From Elainellales cyanobacterium (lineage in GTDB: Bacteria; Cyanobacteriota; Cyanobacteriia; Elainellales; Elainellaceae), in assembly GCA_041746655.1 (NCBI GenBank), contig JBGTGR010000003.1:36275-100274 (forward strand): DNA of 64,000 nucleotides. The letters run 5' to 3'. The notes under the pieces were generated by a model. It had not been told where the DNA came from, ran no database searches, and saw only the letters and a list, made by a program, of their open reading frames with translations. This document shows, one piece after another, positions 34,509 to 44,677 of this stretch. Every line of letters begins with the position of its first letter. Position 1 is the stretch's first letter. A program made the position numbers and the translations under genes.

Positions 34509-35749
34509 GGTTGCAAGAATCCGGCTAGATTTTTGCGAAAACTTTCCCTACCGTAGGTTTCAATCACACTGGCTCGGAGCTGTTGTGGCTGGTAGAGCAA
34601 TGGGTTGGAATAGGTTTTTTGCAAGATTCCAATCAGCGCTTGAGCAATTTCGTCTACGCTGTCGGGGTCAATGAGCGCGCCAAATTTGCCCTGACAGAGC
34701 GCATCAATCGCCCCGTCCTGGTTCCCTCCCAAGGCAGGCTTACCACAGGCCAAAGCCTCTAAGTAGACAATGCCAAAGCCTTCCAGCTTGCTAGGCATGG
34801 CGAAGACATCGCAGAGGTTGTAGTAGTTGCAGAGTTCTTCGTCGGGGACAAATCCCGCCAGGGTGACGCAGTCTTGGAGGTTGTGTTGGGCGATAAACTG
34901 CTCTAGCCGGGGACGATCGTCGCCTTTTCCAGCAATGATGTAATGCACATCGGGCAAGACCTGACGGATTTGGGGCAGCGCTTCCAAAACCTTGTCATAG
35001 CCTCGGTAAGGCTCATTTGCCACCAAGCGATTGACGGTTAAGATAATGGGCTGATTGGGCTGGAGATTGTAGCGCTCCAATAGATAGGCTGGCTTGGGTG
35101 CAACCTGAAAGCGATCGCCATCCACCGTATTCGGCAAAACCACCACCTGGTCGGGCCGCAGGTTTTGTTCTTTGAGTAGGCGATCGCGCGTGTAAGAACT
35201 CACCGCCAGAATCAGATCCGCATGGTGCAATGCCTTTCGCAGAGAGGGCTTTTGGATGTCCCAGGCTTCGATACCGTGGGCGATCGCCCAAAAAGGAACA
35301 TGGGTTAATCTTTTTAGCAACGCGGCAACAGGCGTGTAGTTGAGGTGGGTGGAGATCACGAGGTTGGGACGCTGCTGCACCCCCTGACTCAAAAGCTGAG
35401 CGGCAAAGGCAGGCGTTCGCAGCCGAGCCGGAACATTGCCCGCACAGTGAAAGCGAGTCGGAGCCGCACTCTGCCAATCGATAGACGCAGGACGATCCTG
35501 TTTGAGAAACACATCGTAGCGGCTCTGGGGATAGAGACTTTGCAGCGTTTCTAGAAAAACGGCTGAAAACACCTGAATGCCACCCTTAAACTCAAAGATG
35601 TTGGGAAACCACAGGTGAAACGCTGGAGAAGGGTCAGATTTTGGCATGGCGTCCATAGGCAAATGATCTCGAACAGAGAATCCATGAGATGAATCCGTGG
35701 CAGTCCTGTCTATGCTCTCACACCGCTGTCTAGGCCTGTCTGCGGACAT
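34496..35749 (-). CDS. Glycosyltransferase family 4 (GT-B)
   Basis: C-terminal EGFGIVYLEALACGKPALGG motif. The start is uncertain (ATG at 35749, 35656 or 35647). Its 3' end overlaps the convergent nucleotidyltransferase gene by 13 nt. Confidence 0.8.
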   Translation of the reverse strand: MSADRPRQRCESIDRTATDSSHGFSVRDHLPMDAMPKSDPSPAFHLWFPNIFEFKGGIQVFSAVFLETLQSLYPQSRYDVFLKQDRPASIDWQSAAPTRFHCAGNVPARLRTPAFAAQLLSQGVQQRPNLVISTHLNYTPVAALLKRLTHVPFWAIAHGIEAWDIQKPSLRKALHHADLILAVSSYTRDRLLKEQNLRPDQVVVLPNTVDGDRFQVAPKPAYLLERYNLQPNQPIILTVNRLVANEPYRGYDKVLEALPQIRQVLPDVHYIIAGKGDDRPRLEQFIAQHNLQDCVTLAGFVPDEELCNYYNLCDVFAMPSKLEGFGIVYLEALACGKPALGGNQDGAIDALCQGKFGALIDPDSVDEIAQALIGILQKTYSNPLLYQPQQLRASVIETYGRESFRKNLAGFLQPQSR

Positions 35750-35768
35750 GCACGTTAGTAATACAGGT

Positions 35769-36545
35769 CTATTCCTCAGAACGTTTCAGCGTCTCAGCTT
35801 CGATCAGACGCAGTGAAAGGACCAACTCGGCCAACATTCGCTGAAAAGCGTAGTACCAGCCTGCCCATCCGTCGAGCACGCCACCCTTCAAGAGCAGGGC
35901 ATAAACAGGGACAGCAAAAGGAGCAACGATTTTGAGCTGCCGGATCCGATCGTTGAGGCCTAGGTCGCTCGTAGGAGTGGACTGCAACTTTTTGGCTTCG
36001 AGGATAGCGTAACGGTCTTGTGCCCACAGCCAACGCCCCAAGGGTTTACGGTCATCGTGATGAATGGGGGCCGAAAGTTGGCTTGATTGGCCGCTGACAG
36101 TCAAGAGCTGAGTATGTCCATCGTCGATGTAGGTGGCATTGGCATTGCGGAAGAGGGCCTGACGCGGAGGCAAGATGTTGTTACGTAGGGGCTTGCCAAA
36201 GACACAAAATTTGAACGGAATAAAATAGCCATCAATAGGTGTGGCAGGGTCGAGATGGGAAATTTCCGCTAGCAGTTCATCGGTCAGTACGTAGTCGGCA
36301 TCAAGGGAGAGCACCCATTCCGTCGTGACCTGCTCTAAGCCATAATTCCATTGGCAGGCGTGGGTGTCGAAGGTGCGCTGTAAGACTTCGACATTAGGAA
36401 AGGCTTTGATGATGTCTAGAGTGGTGTCCGCACTGTAGCTGTCGATAATCACAATGCGCTTAGCCCAGGTGAGACGCTGGAGGGTGCGCTCGATGTTGGG
36501 TTCTTCGTTGTAGGTGAGGATGAGCGGCGTGATGGCATCAAGCAT
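35769..36545 (-). CDS. Glycosyltransferase family 2
   Basis: ITPLILTYNEEPNIERTL ... IIDSYSADTT ... SLDADY (DxD). Confidence 0.8.
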   Translation of the reverse strand: MLDAITPLILTYNEEPNIERTLQRLTWAKRIVIIDSYSADTTLDIIKAFPNVEVLQRTFDTHACQWNYGLEQVTTEWVLSLDADYVLTDELLAEISHLDPATPIDGYFIPFKFCVFGKPLRNNILPPRQALFRNANATYIDDGHTQLLTVSGQSSQLSAPIHHDDRKPLGRWLWAQDRYAILEAKKLQSTPTSDLGLNDRIRQLKIVAPFAVPVYALLLKGGVLDGWAGWYYAFQRMLAELVLSLRLIEAETLKRSEE

Positions 36546-36586
36546 TGAACTCTATATATCAAAATGAATTACAGCAGAAAACAATA

Positions 36587-37399
36587 TCAACTAGAGTCTC
36601 CCATAACATTTATACTCTCTGAAACAGCTAGAAGAGAAAATACCTTGCCGTCTGTATTGATGAGTTGTTTGCCCTGTAGAAGAGAAAAATTATACGAGCT
36701 TAAGAAATTCAATACCTCCTTCTGGTTAGCAAATCCATCCAAGTAGACTGCTTTTATTCTCTTCTGCTGGAAGAGAGTTTCTGCTCCCTTCAATACCTTT
36801 AGCTCTTGACCTTCAACATCAATTTTTAGTATAAGAGAATTGCCTACGAAGCTAAATTGGTCTAATTTTTTGCATGGAATTCTCACAATCCTATCTTCGT
36901 AGTGATATTTGGAACTGTTCTCTACCGTTGTGAAAACATGTGAAGCTGTTCCTAAAACAAAATCAAGTTCACCTTCTTGATCGGATATAGCATAATTGAA
37001 AGGCTCAAATCCATATCTCTTTGAATTCTCCTCCAATCTTTTGTAAGTATCTGGATTCGCTTCAAAGGAATAAATATTCAAGTCTTGAAATAAATTCTTG
37101 TAACGGGAAAAAACTGATGAAAATATTCCTACGTTAGCTCCTACATCTATAAATGAATCTCCATTATTGACGAGAGCTGATAAATTTAGAAGAACTGAAA
37201 CCTCATCTCGTAATAAACTACCTCTTTCACACATGTTTGAAGCTCTCAAATATCCATTTTCTTTGATCGTGTTAATTTTCAAGTTTAAGTCGAACAGTTT
37301 GATGTCAACATCTCTATCCCCGAAGAGGACTTTTGAGATCATCCACCGCACTGCTGGCTTCTTATTGTAAAAACGGTCAATGAACCACATTAAACTCAT
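36587..37399 (-). CDS. FkbM-family methyltransferase (AT-rich gene)
   Basis: FIDVGANVGIFSSVF SAM-binding motif. The protein is K/N/I/F-rich and the DNA is markedly AT-richer than its flanks. Confidence 0.7.
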   Translation of the reverse strand: MSLMWFIDRFYNKKPAVRWMISKVLFGDRDVDIKLFDLNLKINTIKENGYLRASNMCERGSLLRDEVSVLLNLSALVNNGDSFIDVGANVGIFSSVFSRYKNLFQDLNIYSFEANPDTYKRLEENSKRYGFEPFNYAISDQEGELDFVLGTASHVFTTVENSSKYHYEDRIVRIPCKKLDQFSFVGNSLILKIDVEGQELKVLKGAETLFQQKRIKAVYLDGFANQKEVLNFLSSYNFSLLQGKQLINTDGKVFSLLAVSESINVMGDSS

Positions 37400-37535
37400 A
37401 TTGTTACTTCTCAGAAGTTCTGTTACTTTTGGGTTTAATAACTTGCTGCTTAATAAAAGAAGCTGAAGTTCTTGATGTCCTGTAGATTCAAAGTGAAGGT
37501 TTTAATCTATGATTTAACTCTGATGGAGTAATTCA

Positions 37536-38711
37536 TTAGATCCCTAAATCACTCTGTAGAATAGATTGATAGCTCTCAATCAGTTGAGTTGCAACTTTCT
37601 TCCATGTGTAGTTTTCCAAGATAAACTGGCGGGCACGTTGACCCATTGCTTTAGCATCTTCAGGATTGTTCAGACATTGGATTAATGCAGAGGCGATCGC
37701 CTCTGCCTTGGCTTCAACGGCGTAGGCAGCTTGCGCGGTTACGGCTTCAGGAAAGTTGCAGCCTGTGGTGATGACGCAGGGTAAGCCGGAGGCCATGCCT
37801 TCTAAAACAGACATGCTAAACCCTTCAGAATACGAGGGGGCAGTATAGAGGTTGGCAGCAGCAAGGGCAGCATATTTTAGTGGTCCAGTGAGCATTCCGG
37901 TAAAGGTGACGGCTTCTGGGCAGTTGGCCTGGGCAAAGTAGCTTTTGGCGGTGGGTAAGAAGTGGGTGTTGTCTGGGCCTGCCACGATTAGATGAGTATC
38001 AGGAAATTGCTGATGAGTTTGGGCAAAGGCGGGAGCTAGCAAGTCGAGTCCTTTTTTAGGGTCAATGCGCCCTAAGAAGAGAATCAAGGTTTTGCCGCGA
38101 GTCTCAGGGAACTGCTGATAAAACAGTTCTGGATCGGCTAATGGCTCAAAGTCACTGCGGTGGATGCCGTTGGGAATGATCGCTAGCGGTGGGTTGAGTC
38201 GCAGTGTTTGCACTCGTTTCGCTTCTGATGAGGCTAACATGTGCATTGCATTGGCTCGCTGGAGGGCGGGTTTTTCGAGAAGGGCAAAGTAGAAGCGTTT
38301 TTTACCTGCTTTATAGGCTAATGCCCAAGGCTCTAACATGCCGTGAGGAGTAACCATATAGGGCACATGGTGGTACTGACAAGCCCAATAAGCAGGTAAG
38401 ACTGGATAAGAAAAAATGGCATTAGTATGCACTAAGTCATAGTCTGTGACGTGCTGAAAGATCCAGTTTGTAAACCTTAGGCTAAATTTGTAGTCACCCA
38501 GGTTCCAGTAAGGAAAATACCGAATGCGATAGCTGTTCTCGGTTAGCCAAGTTTGCAACGGCACATCTAGGGTTGCATTGCCATTGGCGTTAGTGGTAAC
38601 AATATCAATCGTGATGTCATGCTGGCCGAGTGCTTCAGCTAGCTCAATAACACTTTTAGATGGACCACCATAAACGCTTCCTAAGGCTGGTATGACGAAG
38701 AGAACTTTCAT
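37536..38711 (-). CDS. Glycosyltransferase family 4
   Basis: MKVLFVIPALGSVYGGPS N-terminus and the SEGFSMSVLEGMASGLPCV motif. Confidence 0.8.
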   Translation of the reverse strand: MKVLFVIPALGSVYGGPSKSVIELAEALGQHDITIDIVTTNANGNATLDVPLQTWLTENSYRIRYFPYWNLGDYKFSLRFTNWIFQHVTDYDLVHTNAIFSYPVLPAYWACQYHHVPYMVTPHGMLEPWALAYKAGKKRFYFALLEKPALQRANAMHMLASSEAKRVQTLRLNPPLAIIPNGIHRSDFEPLADPELFYQQFPETRGKTLILFLGRIDPKKGLDLLAPAFAQTHQQFPDTHLIVAGPDNTHFLPTAKSYFAQANCPEAVTFTGMLTGPLKYAALAAANLYTAPSYSEGFSMSVLEGMASGLPCVITTGCNFPEAVTAQAAYAVEAKAEAIASALIQCLNNPEDAKAMGQRARQFILENYTWKKVATQLIESYQSILQSDLGI

Positions 38712-38717
38712 AACAAG

Positions 38718-39848
38718 TTAGCGATGCTCTACAGCATAGTTAATGGCTTTCGTTAAGCTTTGGGCAAAGTAGTCGGGCAAGAACTTTTGAATATGCTGTA
38801 GGGCGGCACTGCCCATTTTTTCTAGATCAACAGCGTCAGAACTGACTTTAATCATCAGATTGGTAAGTTGTTCTGTGTTCTCTGGATCAAAGCCAAAGCC
38901 GTTGATGCCTTCAATGACCAGATCTTCAAAGCAGCCACAGCGATTAGACACCACAACAGGTAAGCCTGCTGCCATCGCTTCATTGACTACTAGACCCCAC
39001 TGCTCTTGGGTACTGGCATGAATGAAGCCGCTAGCATGGGCGAAGTAAGGTAACAGTTGATTTTGTTGCAAAAAGCCAGGAAGGTGAACCTGTTCCTGAA
39101 GACTGTGCTCAATAATATGGCTTTGAATTTGAGGTTTGAGAGGACCATCACCACAAAGCACTAAGTCCCAGGCCCTGTTGCCTACAATCTGTCGATATGC
39201 TGTATAAGCTTGCAGCACACGTGGAAGATTCTTTTTAAGAACGAAACGATTGATAGATAGAAAATAGGGGCGTTTGAGGTGTAGAGGTAGAGTTCTAATT
39301 TGACTAGGGTCAAACGTCTTATTCTCAACTACGTCATAACCTGGAAATATGGCTTTTGGCGACATGCCTAATTTGATGAGATAACGTGCATGGGGACTGC
39401 CTCCAACTAAGGCAGCTCCGTATCCTCTTAGGAGCCAACGTTTAACTGATTCTTGCAGCCAATGACGTGGAGCGTCTTGTTCTGTAGTTTCAGACAAAAG
39501 AACAGCTGGTTTGCGGTGCCATTTGCACCACGCCAAAGCTGCAAGCATCTCGGGTCGAGCATAACCTGCGATCGCTACTACATCGGGCTGAAGATGATTT
39601 AAAGCTACGAAGAGCCCAGATAGCAAGCGGGGAAGTTTGACTTGCTCTAATGATTGGTCATTGATGATAGAAACTAGCTTAAACGGTAAGTCTTTGAGAC
39701 TAACTTGCCAAGGATACTCTTCTTCCTGTCGTGCAGTTTCCAACCCGATTGTTTCCCAGCCTTGTTCGAAGCAAGATTGGGAAAAGCGATTGACGCGGGC
39801 GAGATGATAAGGCCCGTAGTTTGTGAATAGAATGGCAACTCGGATCAC
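38718..39848 (-). CDS. Glycosyltransferase family 4
   Basis: EQWGLVVNEAMAAGLPVVVS, the E-x7-E-type GT-B motif. Confidence 0.75.
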   Translation of the reverse strand: MIRVAILFTNYGPYHLARVNRFSQSCFEQGWETIGLETARQEEEYPWQVSLKDLPFKLVSIINDQSLEQVKLPRLLSGLFVALNHLQPDVVAIAGYARPEMLAALAWCKWHRKPAVLLSETTEQDAPRHWLQESVKRWLLRGYGAALVGGSPHARYLIKLGMSPKAIFPGYDVVENKTFDPSQIRTLPLHLKRPYFLSINRFVLKKNLPRVLQAYTAYRQIVGNRAWDLVLCGDGPLKPQIQSHIIEHSLQEQVHLPGFLQQNQLLPYFAHASGFIHASTQEQWGLVVNEAMAAGLPVVVSNRCGCFEDLVIEGINGFGFDPENTEQLTNLMIKVSSDAVDLEKMGSAALQHIQKFLPDYFAQSLTKAINYAVEHR

Positions 39849-39864
39849 TGGATAGACTCCTGCA

Positions 39865-41265
39865 TCAGGGATTCTCCTGTTCTAGGGAGTAGGGGTTGCT
39901 GGAATAAACAGAGTTAACCTGTTGTAGCTTCTTTTGCTCCATCCATTCCAAGAAGCGCACTAATGTATAGCCAAAAATCATTGGCCAGAGTACTAGCAAC
40001 GTAATATCTCGCCCTAAGTTAGGTGTGATACCAAGACCCACCAGAAAAAGACAAAGTCTCAGTACGGAATAGCTTTGACTCCAAAGTCTGGCTAAAAAGG
40101 CCGCCCATAGACCCAGTAAAAATGCTGGCGCGATGGGACCAAGCCAAGGCCCAAAGTTGAGCACACCCCGACCCAGAAAACCCGCCGCGATTGTGGCGAA
40201 GACACCAATTTCGCTGCTTGCGCTGCCAAATCCCCTTAAGACGTTATATTCATAGCCAAGAATTGGTTTGCTAGGCCAAATGACGCGTGGAATGAAGTTA
40301 AGAAAGTCTGCTAAGTAGTCAAAACCATATTTAAGGGTGACAGCTCCTTGGGTGTAGAAAGTATTGACATAAAATAGCTCCTCCGCCATGTTTAGACCTA
40401 GATGCTTTGTTTCTGTTCGGGTACTTCCACCCTGATCTAGATCTAAGAGAAAGTCATCGAATCCAATATTTCGGTAGGCAATAACAATGGTGAAAATATA
40501 GTTTAGGGCGATAAGTAACAAGAAAGAAACGCCAATTTTTATCCACCATTTTTGTTTGGAAATTAAAACATAGGTGAAGAAGGCTGGCATGGCGACTGCT
40601 AAGAACTGGTTGCGAGTTCCCAGCAGAATGAAATATGGCCAAGAGATCAGAATAATAGCAAGGTTCATCACTCTGGCTTGAAATCGAGTCTGGAGGAGAA
40701 GCATTACTCCAAAAAATGCACAGAGGAGACTATAGGTATAGCCTGCCGAGGAGATAATGAATCCCATCGCACCTGCAGATGCACCACCACCCCGTCCCCA
40801 CATTTGTCTTCCGGCTCTTGCTGCTAGAGGGAAAAGTGCTTGAAAGAAATCCCAATTTAATCGGCTTGCTCCATACAAGAGCAGTAGAAACCAAAGAATT
40901 GAGATATAGGCAAGCAGTCGCGCTGGATTTAACGAAAGTCGGCTGACTATTTTGTATAGTTCAGATGGCTTTGCGATTAGTTTTTTGGTGAAAAATGGAG
41001 TGAAGATGCGGAAGAAAGTTAGGAAAATAATTACTTGAAAGTAACTCATTTCCACGACAGAGGATGAGAAGCTAAGATAGTTTTCAGGGGTATAAATAAT
41101 TTCAACAAAGTACCAAAGAGCAGTTGTGGCGTAGACAACAAGAGCCGGAATCCTCCAAACTTGCCTTCTTCTGATAAACGCTTCTAGACTAAGAAGCGCT
41201 AGCAAGATGCCAGCTAGAATATAAAGTAATGGTAGTTCTGGGCTAAATGCAGCTTCGGGACTCAT
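39865..41265 (-). CDS. Polytopic membrane protein, O-antigen polymerase/ligase-like (Wzy-like)
   Basis: 466 aa with at least 10 hydrophobic segments and one larger loop, inside a glycan cluster. There is no diagnostic motif, so the call rests on topology and context. Confidence 0.45.
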   Translation of the reverse strand: MSPEAAFSPELPLLYILAGILLALLSLEAFIRRRQVWRIPALVVYATTALWYFVEIIYTPENYLSFSSSVVEMSYFQVIIFLTFFRIFTPFFTKKLIAKPSELYKIVSRLSLNPARLLAYISILWFLLLLYGASRLNWDFFQALFPLAARAGRQMWGRGGGASAGAMGFIISSAGYTYSLLCAFFGVMLLLQTRFQARVMNLAIILISWPYFILLGTRNQFLAVAMPAFFTYVLISKQKWWIKIGVSFLLLIALNYIFTIVIAYRNIGFDDFLLDLDQGGSTRTETKHLGLNMAEELFYVNTFYTQGAVTLKYGFDYLADFLNFIPRVIWPSKPILGYEYNVLRGFGSASSEIGVFATIAAGFLGRGVLNFGPWLGPIAPAFLLGLWAAFLARLWSQSYSVLRLCLFLVGLGITPNLGRDITLLVLWPMIFGYTLVRFLEWMEQKKLQQVNSVYSSNPYSLEQENP

Positions 41266-41393
41266 GGATGCTATGGCTCAGTTCATGTCTTTGGATTAAA
41301 GCAGCCTGCTCATTTCATCTTTCATAGATGTGGTGTTGGATCGGGAAACTGCGAGTAGAAGTTTTTTGACGGCAATGAGTTGGAGTGACAACG

Positions 41394-42602
41394 CTAAATT
41401 GTCTGCAGCCTCTCGCTCAGCTGTAACAGGCTAAACTTTTTGATTGGCCATGATTGGCTGGACCATTGAGCAAGTTGCGCTGGATTCTCTAAACAGATTG
41501 TGAGAGCTTCTGCGATCGCCTCTCCTGTTACTTCTGGCAAAACCAAACCATTCACTTGATCTTTGACAACTTCGCCGCAAAACTGTGACGCGATCAGGGG
41601 CAACTTCCAAGCTTGGGCTTCGAGCTGGGTGAGGCCGAAGCCATCGGAGAGGGTGGGAAAGAGGAAAACATCCGCGTGTTGGTAGTAGTCCGCAACGGCA
41701 CTGCGCGGAACTGGACCTACCCAGCGGATGTTGGAGGAGGGCTGAGGGCTGACTTCGGAGGGGCCGACCAGCCAGAACTCAATGGGGCGATCGCCCAATA
41801 GTTGTGCAGCCCGAAGCAGGGCAGCGATGCCTTTGCGGAGAATGATCTGACCTAGAAACAAAACCCTAAGGGGTCGGTCAGCAGAAAACTGGGTCGGATA
41901 GGCTTTGTGCAGGACGGCAACCTGGGCAGAGGGTTGATAGGCCAGGGGAATAATGTGGATTTTTTGAGATGTAATGCCCGCTTGTTGGAGGGCATCCCGT
42001 GACCAGGCAGAGTTGACGATGATGTTGTCGGCCAGGTCACATTCGGCTTGCCAGCTCTGCCAGTAGCCTGGAGGGACGGGTTGCCAGCTAGGAGAAAGCT
42101 CAGGATGGTTTTGATGTTCGGCGATGACGAGGGTTTCTTCGATGGGGCCAGGGTCAATTTGGCCTAAAACTGTTTTCCACCCTCTCGCTTTGGCGTAGCG
42201 CAGCAGATCTAGGGCGGCATAGCTGTAGGTAAAAAAGAGGGGCGTTGTCTCAAACTCTGAGTCTTTGATGGCTCTGAGCTGTCGGATAACCCGCTGCTGA
42301 AACCAGTGATTGCGAGCGGCGATAACTTGCCAGTTGGAGCGATCGCCCAGTCGTTGCGCTAGCTCAAACTGAATCAGAGCGGAGGTAAAGGCTTTGACTG
42401 AGGCTGAAGCTAGATCGGGGTGAAAGCGTCCGCTGAGGTTGGCGGAGAGGGCTTTGGGCAGGCGGGTCAGCGCTGAGTGAGGTGGTACCCAGGCATCGGT
42501 AATGAGATGGGAGAGGCGATCGCTTTGATGTAGCGCTCTAGGAATGGCGTAATGTTCGCGAGCACCGAGCTGGCAGCAAATCCAAGATGAGTGATGAGCC
42601 AT
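41394..42602 (-). CDS. Glycosyltransferase family 4
   Basis: FPTLSDGFGLTQLEAQAWKLPLIAS motif. Confidence 0.75.
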   Translation of the reverse strand: MAHHSSWICCQLGAREHYAIPRALHQSDRLSHLITDAWVPPHSALTRLPKALSANLSGRFHPDLASASVKAFTSALIQFELAQRLGDRSNWQVIAARNHWFQQRVIRQLRAIKDSEFETTPLFFTYSYAALDLLRYAKARGWKTVLGQIDPGPIEETLVIAEHQNHPELSPSWQPVPPGYWQSWQAECDLADNIIVNSAWSRDALQQAGITSQKIHIIPLAYQPSAQVAVLHKAYPTQFSADRPLRVLFLGQIILRKGIAALLRAAQLLGDRPIEFWLVGPSEVSPQPSSNIRWVGPVPRSAVADYYQHADVFLFPTLSDGFGLTQLEAQAWKLPLIASQFCGEVVKDQVNGLVLPEVTGEAIAEALTICLENPAQLAQWSSQSWPIKKFSLLQLSERLQTI

Positions 42603-42625
42603 GACGACGGTTGGTTTTCGTCCGT

Positions 42626-43555
42626 CTAGTAGGGTGCTTCAGACAAATCTTTGACAGATGGTTCTGAGAATATCCCTTGTGCTGTCAGACTGCTAAGGTC
42701 AGAGATACATTCTTTTTGCAAACGCCACAGCAGCTTTTGTGTTTGCCAACGAATGGGACGGCGAAACTGAAGCGCATCGGGAATCGAAACAATTGCACTG
42801 AGCCATGCCTGCACCCAGGTGAGAAAGTAGCCCCACCGGATAAAAAGAAAGAGACTTTTAAGCCATTTTGAGGCTAGTCTAGGGGCAATCGTGTACCAGG
42901 GTTCTCGCATCAGAGTGCATAGAATCTGGCTCTTGAGTCCATAAAATTTCCAGTCTTGATCAGATCGGCCCTGCATAGTTTGGGCATGATACATCTTGAC
43001 TTGATGAAGGCACTTGATCGGTTTGCCCATATCCCAGAGGGCTGAGCAGAGATAGGTTTCGCCACTGGCCCGGAAAAAAAGATCGGGATAAAACCCCACC
43101 CATTCTGTAAACACTTGGCGCGGCATCAGCGTGAAGCCGTCTTTGAACACGTTGATATAGCGATCGCGTCCTTCAATTGGGTTTTCAAAGGGGCCTTCAA
43201 TGTTGCAGGTGACGGCTCCCAGTGCGGGTTCGTCCTCAAAGGCTTGGACTAGGTGGCTGATGGCGTTAGATTCCATGAAGTAGGCGTCATCGTCCATGAT
43301 CATGATGTAGTCGCCTGTGGTGTTGGCGATCGCCAAATTCTTGGTTGGAAATGCGCCTAAGTTGCGGTGGGTGAGAATCACCTTAGCGTGGGGAAATTCG
43401 CAACCAACGGCTTTCTCCGTGCCATCTCCGCTGGGGTTGACGACAACGACAATCTCTAGATTGGGGTAGTCTTGTTTGACGCAGGAGCGTAGGCACTGAA
43501 GCAATAGCTCTCGACGGTTGTAGGTCACGCAAACAATTGATACCTTGGGTTTCAT
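42626..43555 (-). CDS. Glycosyltransferase family 2
   Basis: MKPKVSIVCVTYNRRELLLQCL ... MDDDA. Start taken at the ATG at 43555; the track ORF extends to 43636. Confidence 0.75.
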   Translation of the reverse strand: MKPKVSIVCVTYNRRELLLQCLRSCVKQDYPNLEIVVVVNPSGDGTEKAVGCEFPHAKVILTHRNLGAFPTKNLAIANTTGDYIMIMDDDAYFMESNAISHLVQAFEDEPALGAVTCNIEGPFENPIEGRDRYINVFKDGFTLMPRQVFTEWVGFYPDLFFRASGETYLCSALWDMGKPIKCLHQVKMYHAQTMQGRSDQDWKFYGLKSQILCTLMREPWYTIAPRLASKWLKSLFLFIRWGYFLTWVQAWLSAIVSIPDALQFRRPIRWQTQKLLWRLQKECISDLSSLTAQGIFSEPSVKDLSEAPY

Positions 43556-43661
43556 TGAGTTTTGTGAGTTCAACGACAGCAGCGGACCAATACCAGCAGA
43601 ATGTATGACTTTCCACTGATTGACTTGCAGTTTCATCTGCTAGCCACCTATTCAGCACTTT

Positions 43662-44639
43662 TCAGTCACCGTCCGGACTTCCAGAGCTGTAGCGGCTGTT
43701 TTGAGTCTGGGAGTTTGGCCAACCTGTTTTAGAGGCCAGTTGCGAGAACCAGTTCAGGCTGGCGATCGCAGGAAAAGCGACCAAGTAACGAATTCGTTGA
43801 AGTTTGAGATGCCAAAAGAAGGTGTCTTGATAAAGCTTCCAACCCGCTTGCACATTGCCATTGTGTAAACAGGAAAAGCTCTTAGGCCGAATATGACGAG
43901 TCAAGATTTCCAATCGCTCTCTCTGCCGAGCTTGCTCTCCTGGATAATGTTTAGTTTTCTCCTGATGGAGAAGATGAAGTGCTCCTTCGTGACTTCTACT
44001 GTAGTTAGAAACTGCTGTGTTGGGATGTTTTCGATAAGCCAAAACATGGGGGGTTTGAATCAAGACAAATCTCTTTGCGGTTCCGAGCTTGAGCCATAAG
44101 TCAGAGTCTTCAGCATTGATCCAGCGATCGGTGAAGCCCCCAGCTTGGCGTAAGATATCTGCTCGAATAGCTGCTGCACCTGGCAAAATCCAGATGGGTT
44201 GTTGGCTAGATGCATAGTAGTCCGCAAAAAGCTGGGTGCTCAGCGGGTTACGTTTGACGGTGTGAATTTCTGCTTCGTTTTCAAAGACGACTGGAGTGCC
44301 GCTAATGAATGCAGGCGAGTCGTACGCACTAATGGCTTGCTGAAAAGTGGCAAGTGTCCAGGGAAACCAAAGATCGTCACTGTCTAGAAAGGTGATGTAT
44401 TGACCTGTAGCATGACGAATGCCTAAGTTGCGAGCTGCACCGGGACCTTTGTTGTTTTGCTGTAAGACCTTGATGCGATCGCCATACGGCGCTAATACCT
44501 CTAGCGTCCCATCTGTAGACCCATCATCCACAATAAGGATTTCATGCTCGTCGCATTCTTGTCCTAACAGCGTTTTTAGCGTAGCTTCAATGAAGCCAGC
44601 TCTATTAAACGTAGGAATGATGGTTGAGAAAACTACCAT
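43662..44639 (-). CDS. Glycosyltransferase family 2
   Basis: FSTIIPTFNRAGFIEATL ... IVDDGSTDGT ... LDSDD. Confidence 0.8.
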   Translation of the reverse strand: MVVFSTIIPTFNRAGFIEATLKTLLGQECDEHEILIVDDGSTDGTLEVLAPYGDRIKVLQQNNKGPGAARNLGIRHATGQYITFLDSDDLWFPWTLATFQQAISAYDSPAFISGTPVVFENEAEIHTVKRNPLSTQLFADYYASSQQPIWILPGAAAIRADILRQAGGFTDRWINAEDSDLWLKLGTAKRFVLIQTPHVLAYRKHPNTAVSNYSRSHEGALHLLHQEKTKHYPGEQARQRERLEILTRHIRPKSFSCLHNGNVQAGWKLYQDTFFWHLKLQRIRYLVAFPAIASLNWFSQLASKTGWPNSQTQNSRYSSGSPDGD

Positions 44640-44677
44640 AGTTTAGACAACGTGAATTGGGAATGTGAATGAGGAAT

